A stretch of DNA of 40,000 nucleotides from an uncultured phage cr114_1: the sequence record NC_055897.1; one strand, given 5' to 3'. A program made the translations under genes and the position numbers. Below, piece by piece: positions 1 to 8,330 of the stretch. How positions within the stretch are numbered: position 1 is the stretch's first letter; each line of letters begins with the position of its first letter. The notes beneath the pieces are model-generated. The model was given only the letters and a program-made list of their open reading frames with translations. It was not told where the DNA came from and made no database searches.

Positions 1-110
1 GCGTCTTTTAGGTCTCCAATACGGTTCTCACCTTGTGGGTTTCGCACGCTCTCCCACTTTCTTATTGCTTCTTCAGTTACTGGATAATTTGTAACACAAT
101 AAGTTATCAT
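1..110 (-). CDS. hypothetical protein, partial (runs off left edge)
   Basis: Reverse strand open from ATG at 110-108 to the window edge: MITYCVTNYPVTEEAIRKWESVRNPQGENRIGDLKD... Confidence 0.55.
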   Translation of the reverse strand, partial: MITYCVTNYPVTEEAIRKWESVRNPQGENRIGDLKD

Positions 111-242
111 ACTATAGTATAAATAGATAGTGTTTGCTATTATTAGTACATTTCAGTATCCTGTATTATCCACGTTACACAACTTAGTTAGGTTTAAGTA
201 ACGAATTTGTAGTTTATAGCCTTTATATACCGTTTTACTACT

Positions 243-620
243 CTAGTTACGGTCTGCGTTTATCTTTGGCAGTTTTAATGGCATTAATTTGCTCATCAGT
301 TTTGTACTAAATACGATGTCTGGTTCGTAAATTACCTCCTTTATTACTCGTTCTTTGTACTCTGGGCGTGTTTCAACGTCCCTTATAATTGTCACAGTTG
401 TATTATCAACGTTACCGTTAAGTGATACAGTCTCATCTTTAAGATTTACAGAAACTGACTTATTCAAGCCTAGTACGTCTACTGGCATTTTAGGTACGTC
501 TACCCAACGAATTCTAGTCTCTTCTGCTCCTATTGTTTGAGACGGAGAATTAGGATCAAATCCAATAAACCCTCCTAATAACACTACAAACAGTGTTATT
601 ATTAAATTTAACCGTTTCAT
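243..620 (-). CDS. small secreted/membrane-anchored protein; terminal codon is TAG
   Basis: 125 aa ORF with hydrophobic N-terminus MKRLNLIITLFVVLLGGFIGF. Stop triplet on the reverse strand at 243-245 is TAG; if read through, the next stop is TGA at 153-155. Confidence 0.7.
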   Translation of the reverse strand: MKRLNLIITLFVVLLGGFIGFDPNSPSQTIGAEETRIRWVDVPKMPVDVLGLNKSVSVNLKDETVSLNGNVDNTTVTIIRDVETRPEYKERVIKEVIYEPDIVFSTKLMSKLMPLKLPKINADRN

Positions 621-625
621 ATTGA

Positions 626-2008
626 TTACTCTTCGGAGTAAGCACTCTTATCTACATAACTAGAGAGCCGCATGATTGGCTTCACATAGTATTTAGCAAT
701 TTCCTCCATCTTGTCTTTTAAGATGTTCTCAGAATCGCCATAAGCAACTTCAAGAGTCCTACGAATTGCTTTTGGATGAATTGTTATGAATCCCTTCCGG
801 TCTTCATATTCCAAAGTAGCTTCTTCTTTTCCTTTCAAGATAGCATCAATTGCTTTACTTGTGTTAGCCGTAATGATATTACGAGTAACTGCTTCAAGTT
901 CCTTCTCATAAGTAGTCTTAAGATCAGGACTAGCCTTTTCGTTCCAATCATTTGTTTTCTTTTCAGCATTGATTGAAACAATTACTTGGATAAGTTCTGC
1001 TACTTCCTTATCAGTTATACTTGGACACCAAGACTTAAGTAAAGCATGAGCACCAAGGATACTGTGTTCAGAACTCATTTTACCCCTTACCATACCTTTT
1101 ATTGCGGTAAGTAAGGTAGCATCTGCTCCTTTACTGATAATGTTCGCAAATACTACTGATCTCTTTTCCTCCATAGAGAATGAGAAAGCTCTACGTCCCC
1201 ATTCAATACCATTCAACAAGTTACTACCGATACCTCCAGCTCCTTGCTGAGCAAAGATTGATCGTAATACTTTAAGTTTCTCAGGATCCGGCATCTTTGG
1301 ATCTGCTTCAGGAATATCAAGTTTTGCAACTTTCTTGTCCTCTTTAGCATTCTTGCGAACCTCTTCCGGAACTTCTTTGAATTCAAGAACTAACTGTTTT
1401 GAATTGTCTTCTGCTTGGATATACTTAACCTTGATGCCAAGATAGTCTCCAAGTACGGCTTCTGCTTGTTCTCTCATATTTGAGTTAATACGAATACCCA
1501 TACTTTGGAAGTCTCCTTCAAGCTGAGTAAAGTAATTAACAAGAGTAACAGCAGTCATTACGTCAAACTGTTTCTTGAGATTCTTCTTTACTTCTTCTGG
1601 AGTCTCCGGATTGGCTAGGTATTCTTTATGCAAGATACCCATGAATTCAATAGCATGATTCTTATCAATGCGATCTCCTTTACCTCCGGCACTTCCAACA
1701 ATTTGTCCAATAGATGAAGAAATAGACATTGCTGTATCTTTCTTATTTTCTACTACTTCAGGAACGATAACTTCTGGTTTCTTCCCTTTCTTTGTCTTTT
1801 CGTCCTTAACCTCAGGGGTTTCTTTGGTTTCTTTGTTTTCCACTACTTCCTGAGGTTTTTCTTCAGGTTTAGGCGCTTCAACAGGTGCTGGAGTAGCATC
1901 CTGAGTCTTTACTTGTTCCTCTACCTTAGTTGTTTTTGCTTTACTAGCCAATGCTTTAGCTTTCTTACTTCCTTTTACCATTTTGATAATGAGGCGCTCC
2001 TTCGCCAT
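626..2008 (-). CDS. hypothetical protein with Lys/Glu/Pro-rich low-complexity N-terminus
   Basis: 460 aa ORF, TAA stop. True start may be an internal Met. Confidence 0.85.
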   Translation of the reverse strand: MAKERLIIKMVKGSKKAKALASKAKTTKVEEQVKTQDATPAPVEAPKPEEKPQEVVENKETKETPEVKDEKTKKGKKPEVIVPEVVENKKDTAMSISSSIGQIVGSAGGKGDRIDKNHAIEFMGILHKEYLANPETPEEVKKNLKKQFDVMTAVTLVNYFTQLEGDFQSMGIRINSNMREQAEAVLGDYLGIKVKYIQAEDNSKQLVLEFKEVPEEVRKNAKEDKKVAKLDIPEADPKMPDPEKLKVLRSIFAQQGAGGIGSNLLNGIEWGRRAFSFSMEEKRSVVFANIISKGADATLLTAIKGMVRGKMSSEHSILGAHALLKSWCPSITDKEVAELIQVIVSINAEKKTNDWNEKASPDLKTTYEKELEAVTRNIITANTSKAIDAILKGKEEATLEYEDRKGFITIHPKAIRRTLEVAYGDSENILKDKMEEIAKYYVKPIMRLSSYVDKSAYSEE

Positions 2009-2066
2009 TTAATTGTTAAATACTTTGTAGATACAATAAAATAATACGTCAAGAATTAAAGTCTCT

Positions 2067-2426
2067 TCACGAATCATCAATGTATGTACTGTTTACTTCC
2101 TTTGTAGATGTTCCTTCTGCTTCAGTTACTGTACTGTCACGATCAGCTTTGTTTTCCTTACTTGTATAGTCCTGATTGCAAGGTAATGCATTCCAAACAA
2201 CAGATGCATTACTACTATACATGGGAGCTGGTTCTACAGTAACTACTGCAGCTTTCTCAGGAGTAGATATACATTTCTTATATACCTGTTTAACTCCTGC
2301 ACCTACAATTAAGCCTACTGCTAGAATGGCCATTAATCTAGTGAAGGCTTTGGCATCTTTCATCAATCTTGCGATGATGAAACAAATTGTTATTGCAGCA
2401 AGCAATAGACCAAATGAATTTGCCAT
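2067..2426 (-). CDS. small membrane protein
   Basis: 119 aa ORF with hydrophobic N-terminal segments (LLLAAITICFIIARLM, ILAVGLIVGAGV); TGA stop. Confidence 0.7.
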   Translation of the reverse strand: MANSFGLLLAAITICFIIARLMKDAKAFTRLMAILAVGLIVGAGVKQVYKKCISTPEKAAVVTVEPAPMYSSNASVVWNALPCNQDYTSKENKADRDSTVTEAEGTSTKEVNSTYIDDS

Positions 2427-2442
2427 AATTTGTAAGTATTGG

Positions 2443-2991
2443 TTAATATTGGTTAAATAATTGTTTTAGTCTCTGTCTTGCCTTATTCAAACAGGTTTTA
2501 ACTGTTGCTTCTGGTATGGCAAGCTCTTGTGAAATTTGTTGATAGGATTTCCCATCAAGGCGAGCGTATATTAAATCTCTATATTTCTTCTTTAGACGAG
2601 GAATGCATTCCATTACGATATCGACATTTTGTTGAAATATCATATTATCTTCAGGACTATGCTCCAACCCGCTTAGTTGAATTTTAGACTCTTCGTCATC
2701 AATATAACTATTTAATTGCTCTTTTTTGTTCCGTCTTATATAATCAATTGCAGTATTAACTGTAATTGTCTTTAACCACATTTCAAATGAAATATGATTA
2801 GTAAAAGATTGCAATTTTAAGTACACTTTAGTAAATACCATAGATGTTATATCATCTGCTGCATCTGTATTTCTTACTACATTATTTGCAGTATACCAGA
2901 CTGTTTTGTAATATTTGTTGTAAAGTGTATTAAAAGCTTTTTCGGAACCATCTCTAGCTTGCTCTACTAGAAGCTTTTCTTCTTCTTTCAT
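2443..2991 (-). CDS. ECF/sigma-70-like RNA polymerase sigma factor
   Basis: 182 aa. Region 2-like 'AFNTLYNKYYKTVWYTANNVVRNTDAADDITSMVFTKVYLKLQSF' and region 4-like 'IPRLKKKYRDLIYARLDGKSYQQISQELAIPEATVKTCLNKARQRLKQ'. Confidence 0.88.
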   Translation of the reverse strand: MKEEEKLLVEQARDGSEKAFNTLYNKYYKTVWYTANNVVRNTDAADDITSMVFTKVYLKLQSFTNHISFEMWLKTITVNTAIDYIRRNKKEQLNSYIDDEESKIQLSGLEHSPEDNMIFQQNVDIVMECIPRLKKKYRDLIYARLDGKSYQQISQELAIPEATVKTCLNKARQRLKQLFNQY

Positions 2992-3047
2992 AGTAGCTAG
3001 ATTTTAGTGGACTATAGCCAACCCAATGACTATAATCCTGAAAAGAA

Positions 3048-3530
3048 TTAAAAAGGCAGTACGTAATTTATAATATACTGATGTACAGCTGCTTTCCTTT
3101 TCCAATATAAATCTCTTATCCAATTAGTCCAATCTAATCTTATATCTGAGTCTAAATAAGTAAGATTCATAATCATATTAGTAACTATTCTTAATTGTAC
3201 TAATTCTGTCTTAGTACTAGTACTCTCAAGATTAGCTATCATAGATAACATAAGTTTATCTTGTATTCTTCGGATGATAGTATAGATTTCTGGATGAATA
3301 GCTCTAATACTAATATAGTTACGTAAACCATATGTTATAGCTCCGTCCATACTTTCATCTATTACGATTTTATACCAATTCTTTCCTATATTTATAAAGC
3401 CAGTACAATATACCTTTCCATTTAAAATAAATGGAGTATTCATATCACGTGTAGTTAATATGGGTATATGTCCAGCATAGAACCTATAGAATAGTTCTAA
3501 GTTTGTTTGTAAATACTCAATGACATTCAT
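3048..3530 (-). CDS. hypothetical protein
   Basis: 160 aa ORF abutting the next upstream gene. Confidence 0.75.
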   Translation of the reverse strand: MNVIEYLQTNLELFYRFYAGHIPILTTRDMNTPFILNGKVYCTGFINIGKNWYKIVIDESMDGAITYGLRNYISIRAIHPEIYTIIRRIQDKLMLSMIANLESTSTKTELVQLRIVTNMIMNLTYLDSDIRLDWTNWIRDLYWKRKAAVHQYIINYVLPF

Positions 3531-3988
3531 TACATTTCTCCTTGAAGTCTTAAACGAGTTTCAATTTGACTTATAATCATATCTGCCTGAGATTTTGAGA
3601 AGCCCTTTTGTATGAGTACTACTTGAGTCTTTACAATATATTCATCAGGATACATTGTACGATTAAGTCTGTATGAGGCTATATAGCCAGCAAACTCTTT
3701 CTCAGTATACTCAATTCTGTTCTTCTCCGTAGCCTCCAAGCCTAATGTATTCAATACTGCCTGACTTACAGCTGGTTTATCAAATATATAAGACTTTGGA
3801 TTAGCCATGATGTCTTGTATTTCAAGACTTTCTTTTTCTAGTACTGTGATAGTACCATCTCTTTCCATATCATTCAGCAAGATGCCTCTGATAATAGTTA
3901 AGCAGGGTGCAGTTCCTGCAACTCTGATTAGCACACTTGTGCTTTTACCATTAGCTATATACAAGCCTGGTTTCTTAAGTTCTAACAT
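3530..3988 (-). CDS. hypothetical protein
   Basis: 152 aa ORF, tightly packed with neighbours. Confidence 0.75.
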   Translation of the reverse strand: MLELKKPGLYIANGKSTSVLIRVAGTAPCLTIIRGILLNDMERDGTITVLEKESLEIQDIMANPKSYIFDKPAVSQAVLNTLGLEATEKNRIEYTEKEFAGYIASYRLNRTMYPDEYIVKTQVVLIQKGFSKSQADMIISQIETRLRLQGEM

Positions 3989-3990
3989 AA

Positions 3991-4182
3991 TTATACCTCC
4001 TTTTTGAAAAATTTGTCTGCTACTGTCTTTGCATCTGTAATAGATAGTTCATACTTATCTTTTACATGAGAAAGAAAATCCATTTTACTTGTACAAGAAC
4101 TAGATAATTTCTCTAATTCTTCCTTTACTCCTGGCTTATTAAATTTAACCCAGGGGATAATTTCAATTACTTTTACCGACAT
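3991..4182 (-). CDS. hypothetical small protein
   Basis: 63 aa ORF, overlaps the next gene by a few nt. Confidence 0.6.
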   Translation of the reverse strand: MSVKVIEIIPWVKFNKPGVKEELEKLSSSCTSKMDFLSHVKDKYELSITDAKTVADKFFKKEV

Positions 4183-4454
4183 TGCTCTATATAATTTGTA
4201 ATTTCTAAATCGATTTTCTTCCAGAAATCATATCCTTCACTTGTATTGTGAGGATCGAAGCAGAACATGAAACCTGAATTGATACGAAACTTAATTCGTT
4301 CAATAGATTTCTTAAACATAAACTTATTCCTCCAACATTGAGGAACACAGTATTCATACATATACTTAATGAAGTGAGTTAATACTCTATTCTTCTTCAG
4401 TACATAATACCATTCAGGAGGTATTAGATCATTGATTGCTCTGTTTACACTCAT
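4173..4454 (-). CDS. hypothetical protein
   Basis: 93 aa ORF. Confidence 0.6.
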   Translation of the reverse strand: MSVNRAINDLIPPEWYYVLKKNRVLTHFIKYMYEYCVPQCWRNKFMFKKSIERIKFRINSGFMFCFDPHNTSEGYDFWKKIDLEITNYIEQCR

Positions 4455-4674
4455 AATTTACATCTTTTTGAGGTCCATAAAAGGAATGTTCGTAATCTGT
4501 ATTTCTCAGTAGGTTTATAGCATCATAGATTGACCATTTAATTGAAGTAAGACTACCTTTTATAGCGTAGTTTCTTGTACTCTTAATGATTCTTTCTAGC
4601 ACAATAGTTACACCTACAAGATACATAATTGCAAAATTCCTCTTGCTAGCTTTAATTTGTTTTACACTTCTCAT
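4429..4674 (-). CDS. hypothetical protein
   Basis: 81 aa ORF, TGA stop. Confidence 0.55.
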   Translation of the reverse strand: MRSVKQIKASKRNFAIMYLVGVTIVLERIIKSTRNYAIKGSLTSIKWSIYDAINLLRNTDYEHSFYGPQKDVNYECKQSNQ

Positions 4675-4695
4675 AATTTTGATAATTAGATTTGT

Positions 4696-4737
4696 AGTGA
4701 GGGAGGGAATCGAACCCTCCTTATTTCCTATCTCACT
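4696..4737 (-). other. tRNA-like minihelix (acceptor + T arm only)
   Basis: Reverse strand: AGTGAG-ATAGGAAATAA-GGAGGG-TTCGATT-CCCTCC-CTCACT. The T-arm-like hairpin is closed by a 6-bp outer stem, with no room for D or anticodon arms. Confidence 0.45.
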
Positions 4738-4880
4738 CCAGCTTTTTACGACATTAGCTTAGCCGTTGACTTATCGTATTACGCTGCAATACGAGTATAG
4801 TCTGTTACATAAAAGTTGCCAGTTATGGCTTTATTGACCTATTCTATCTTCACTATTGCTGTCAAATCCATAATGCCCCT

Positions 4881-4939
4881 AGATTAAGGTTTCCTTTTTA
4901 TAGGACTTGCAACCTAATGGCTAGGAAACCTACTAATCT
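4881..4939. other. structured non-coding element (nested hairpin)
   Basis: + strand AGATTA-a-GGTTTCC-(tttttat...)-GGAAACC-tac-TAATCT with inner TAGG...CCTA (4901-4916). Confidence 0.45.
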
Positions 4940-4957
4940 CCTTGTTTTAGTTTTTAG

Positions 4958-5030
4958 GGTATTTAGTGGTAATCGAAACCACATCTACTGAACCACAATC
5001 AGTTATTCTAACCGTTGAACTATAAATACC
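4958..5030 (-). tRNA. tRNA-His (anticodon GTG)
   Basis: Reverse strand: G(-1) GTATTTA / TAAATAC C73; D arm GTTC..GAAT; anticodon arm ACTGA-TTGTGGT-TCAGT (anticodon at 4994-4996); T arm GTGGT-TTCGATT-ACCAC. The G-1 and C73 are typical of tRNA-His. Confidence 0.9.
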
Positions 5031-5038
5031 ATAATTTG

Positions 5039-5064
5039 TGGAGCATGAGGGATTCGAACCCTCG
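5039..5064 (-). other. tRNA 3'-half-like fragment (T arm + 3' acceptor)
   Basis: Reverse strand GAGGG-TTCGAAT-CCCTC-ATGCTCC-A. I could not find a GGAGCAT 5' acceptor or a fitting anticodon arm upstream. Confidence 0.4.
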
Positions 5065-5127
5065 TCCAAACAATGATTCAATAGACCTAACAGTCAATGA
5101 GTTTACAAGATTAATTATAGTTATTAA

Positions 5128-5358
5128 TCATGAAATAATTTCTATGAAATTACATTTTTTAAAATATCTTTCTCTAGCTTCGCATACTGCTACAGTGATA
5201 TTTGTAGGACAGATTTCTATAGGTCTGTACTTTTGTTTCTCACACCAATATTTTGCTGCTTCAGTTGTGAGCTTTCCAAAGTATGCTACAGCTCTAATCC
5301 TCTCTTGAATATCTTCTGTAGTATTTATTTTAACTAGAGGACTAGTTGATCTACTCAT
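5128..5358 (-). CDS. hypothetical protein
   Basis: 76 aa ORF, TGA stop. Confidence 0.6.
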   Translation of the reverse strand: MSRSTSPLVKINTTEDIQERIRAVAYFGKLTTEAAKYWCEKQKYRPIEICPTNITVAVCEARERYFKKCNFIEIIS

Positions 5359-5574
5359 TGTACTTTAATAATTTTAAAATTAAATAAAGAACTACTCCTA
5401 CTTATTTGTATTTCTTATTTAGTAGGCAACCCATATCCTTCACCTGACCTAAGTATAATACTTGGTTGACCGTTGTATAGTCCATTGTACTCTTGCTTAT
5501 TTCTAAGCTTCCATTAGGGTTCTGGTTGGTTAGTAGTTCTTAGGGTTGACTTCACCATATTAACTTGTTTAGGG

Positions 5575-5769
5575 TTAATAATACAAATCTCTACCATATA
5601 CCTCTGGCGAAGGAGTAATGATAGTCTTTTTATTTTGTGTCACTTTAGAGGATTTCTCTCTAAATTGGCAATCAGTGCAATATTGTTTGTTGCAGTTGAG
5701 CGGGCAATCATTCTTAAGCATGTTACTTTCAGTTGCCCTTAATACATGATTACTAATTAATTTACTCAT
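5575..5769 (-). CDS. small Cys-rich protein (possible zinc-binding)
   Basis: 64 aa with 'CPLNCNKQYCTDCQF' (CxxxC-x4-CxxC). Confidence 0.55.
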   Translation of the reverse strand: MSKLISNHVLRATESNMLKNDCPLNCNKQYCTDCQFREKSSKVTQNKKTIITPSPEVYGRDLYY

Positions 5770-5891
5770 AGCTTATACCTTTGAATGTTTTACGGTCATA
5801 AGGTTGTAACTTGGCACGACGAGGTGTCTTTGTCTTCTTAGCACTGGCTTTAGCCATACTATACACACTATCTTTGAATGTCTTTCCCATA

Positions 5892-6287
5892 TTACTTTAG
5901 AATTAAAGCAGATGTTGCTAATTTAGGAATATAGGAACCACCTATCTTTTTAAGATAACGATAGTCTGTAGCACTTGTAGGCCCTTTTGCAAGTACTTCA
6001 AGAATAGGTTCTTCAATAGCATGGTCAATAAGATGAGCCTTCCAGAATTCAGCTCTAAAGCCTTCTTCTTCTACTGGGTCTCCACATACTTTACAAATTC
6101 CTTTGCAAGCTGTAATGAAGTCACTATCTTTTTTCTGTCGTGCTGTAGTAGGAGATTGATTACTGAAGAACTCATTAGGTACTTCAAGTACATTACCTAT
6201 ACTATCACCAAAGCTATCAGCTAAGATTTGTTTAACTTCCTCAGAAGTCATAGTGGGATCTGTAATCCCGAACATAATTAGTTTCAT
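5892..6287 (-). CDS. hypothetical protein
   Basis: 131 aa ORF, TAA stop; contains CKGICKVCGDP. Confidence 0.7.
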   Translation of the reverse strand: MKLIMFGITDPTMTSEEVKQILADSFGDSIGNVLEVPNEFFSNQSPTTARQKKDSDFITACKGICKVCGDPVEEEGFRAEFWKAHLIDHAIEEPILEVLAKGPTSATDYRYLKKIGGSYIPKLATSALILK

Positions 6288-6314
6288 AAATTATTGATTA
6301 ATTGTTAATAGAAT

Positions 6315-6584
6315 TTAAGAATTCTTAATTTCTTTATAGGCATGTTGATGCCAACGAACTCCGCAATGTTTGCAGTAAACTCTGTCCTTAAACTTCTTAT
6401 TAATTTCAGTTTTAGGATCAAACTCACTACTCCATTGATGACCATTGACCATACAGTCAATTTCATTCATAGCTCTAGTATAAGCTAGAGGGCTATTAAA
6501 AAGCTTTTCTCGTACTTTTTGTTTAGCCATAGATCGCACTTTATATGCTCTCCATTTGTAATAAAGTTTTTTGATAATACTCAT
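6315..6584 (-). CDS. hypothetical protein with CxxC
   Basis: 89 aa; 'DRVYCKHCGVRWHQH'. Confidence 0.65.
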   Translation of the reverse strand: MSIIKKLYYKWRAYKVRSMAKQKVREKLFNSPLAYTRAMNEIDCMVNGHQWSSEFDPKTEINKKFKDRVYCKHCGVRWHQHAYKEIKNS

Positions 6585-6952
6585 TTCTTTAAATATTTAA
6601 AGTTAATAACATTCTGACGACGACCAGGATACTCTGGATTTTGCTTAGCTAGTATCAGCACATTTGTTAGAATAAAGGTTGTTTTAAGAATAATAACAAA
6701 TTTCTCTACACATTTACACTTTAGACTCTCTCATAGTTTTAACACATAAGCAGGATTGCTGTCAAACTTTCCTTATTGGTGTACCTGATTTTAACGTCTG
6801 CACGATCATAAGCACAAATACGAGTATTTCTACGCGCTTTCTGTCGTATTCAGCTAAGGGCTATAGATATGCGCTTACTTACGCCCCACAGGTTTGTCAT
6901 TTCCTGAAGACGACTATGCCTACTTTCACAAGCAAACACAGTCTGAGTCGTC

Positions 6953-7402
6953 TTAGTGAATTGAATCAGGCTTTAATTTCCTTGGTATAGTATCAGGTTC
7001 AGTTGCCCTTTGTTTATAGATTGCATTAATTTGCGCACCAAATTCTACATTATCGTAATCCTTCCTGTTAGAGAGATACTCTTTAGCGATATCACTGTTT
7101 GACATATTTGTACCTCCTTTCATTAGAATAGCGATTAATGCTACATCCGGCATATTCATGAATATTGAATCATATCTTTCATATTCCTTAGTGTCTCGCC
7201 GGAATTGAAGTACGTCATCAATTGTTGCTGGTTCGTCTATAACTTCTCCAGCAGAAGTAATTGTTTGTACACTCTCAGTTTCTTCATTACTGAAAATATT
7301 GCATAGCTTGTCTGTACTATAGCATGTATAGAATGAGACTAGTGCAGCTATGATTGCAAATACTAGAGCAATAATGCTCAATTTGTTGTTGTTTTTCTCC
7401 AT
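6953..7402 (-). CDS. membrane-anchored hypothetical protein
   Basis: 149 aa; N-terminal TM 'LSIIALVFAIIAALVSFYTCY'. Confidence 0.75.
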   Translation of the reverse strand: MEKNNNKLSIIALVFAIIAALVSFYTCYSTDKLCNIFSNEETESVQTITSAGEVIDEPATIDDVLQFRRDTKEYERYDSIFMNMPDVALIAILMKGGTNMSNSDIAKEYLSNRKDYDNVEFGAQINAIYKQRATEPDTIPRKLKPDSIH

Positions 7403-7429
7403 TTTTGATAAATGTTTAATAGTTAATAA

Positions 7430-7663
7430 TTAATTGTTGTGAGAATACTTTAGTGTTCCTACTTCCATAGCAAATGATTTACTAAATTTGCCTCTCTCTG
7501 TTTTTGGAACATCTTTTATATGTTCTAAAAAGGTTTCTCTTACAGCTTGAGCTTTATTAGGATCATCTGTACTACCTAAATAATAAGTCTTACCTTTATA
7601 GTAAGCCTTTATTCTGTACATAGTTTTAGTCTTTTGTACATGTTTCTCGATGTAATCTTTCAT
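7430..7663 (-). CDS. hypothetical protein
   Basis: 77 aa ORF, TAA stop. Confidence 0.65.
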   Translation of the reverse strand: MKDYIEKHVQKTKTMYRIKAYYKGKTYYLGSTDDPNKAQAVRETFLEHIKDVPKTERGKFSKSFAMEVGTLKYSHNN

Positions 7664-7980
7664 TTTATTGTATCTCCTATAAAATAAATGTTATAATATA
7701 TGTAATCTTTGACGTATTGTTTCTCTATTTTGTTAGTTATAGGATTTCTAATATCTAAAGTATAAGTATTATTTGTTTGATGTTTATCTACTACTATACA
7801 ATTCTTATACTGAGCCTTTAATTCTACTATATTATAAGGTGTTTTATCAGTATTTACTTCAATAGAACCGTAAAGCATATAAAAAAAAGTAGATGCAAGC
7901 AATATTAGTATAATTGATAATACTGTTTTACTGATATTATTTACTATATTATAGTGTTTATCTCTTCTAATTGTAACCAT
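7660..7980 (-). CDS. membrane-anchored hypothetical protein
   Basis: 106 aa; TM 'VLSIILILLASTFFYMLYG'. Confidence 0.7.
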   Translation of the reverse strand: MVTIRRDKHYNIVNNISKTVLSIILILLASTFFYMLYGSIEVNTDKTPYNIVELKAQYKNCIVVDKHQTNNTYTLDIRNPITNKIEKQYVKDYIYYNIYFIGDTIK

Positions 7981-8330
7981 TTTGATAATGTTTAAAAGTT
8001 AATCTTTAGATAGTACCTTAGTAGGAATAGGAACCTACATAAACAGTAAACTGTTTGTTTTATTACCCCAATCTGTATTACTACAGAATTAAACTATAAG
8101 GCAGAGTAAGCAACTTTTGTTATAATAAGTATATACTATAACAATTCATTGCTAATCATATAGACTAAAGGAGGCCAATCCCAAGTCTATACCCACCTGT
8201 TTTCGCTTGGCAAGAGCATCGAAACAGATAACGGAATGTTCTAAGTAGATATACTCTAGAATATATCCCTACATTAATCTCATTTATACTTCGGGCACTA
8301 GTATCACTAAGTATATTTCGAGGGCCAATC

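Noticed and set aside
5015-5308. + strand ORF MNYKYHNLWSMRDSNPRPNND...
   Set aside because: Contains the tRNA-derived 'RDSNPRP' artefact and runs antisense to tRNA-His and gene 5128-5358.
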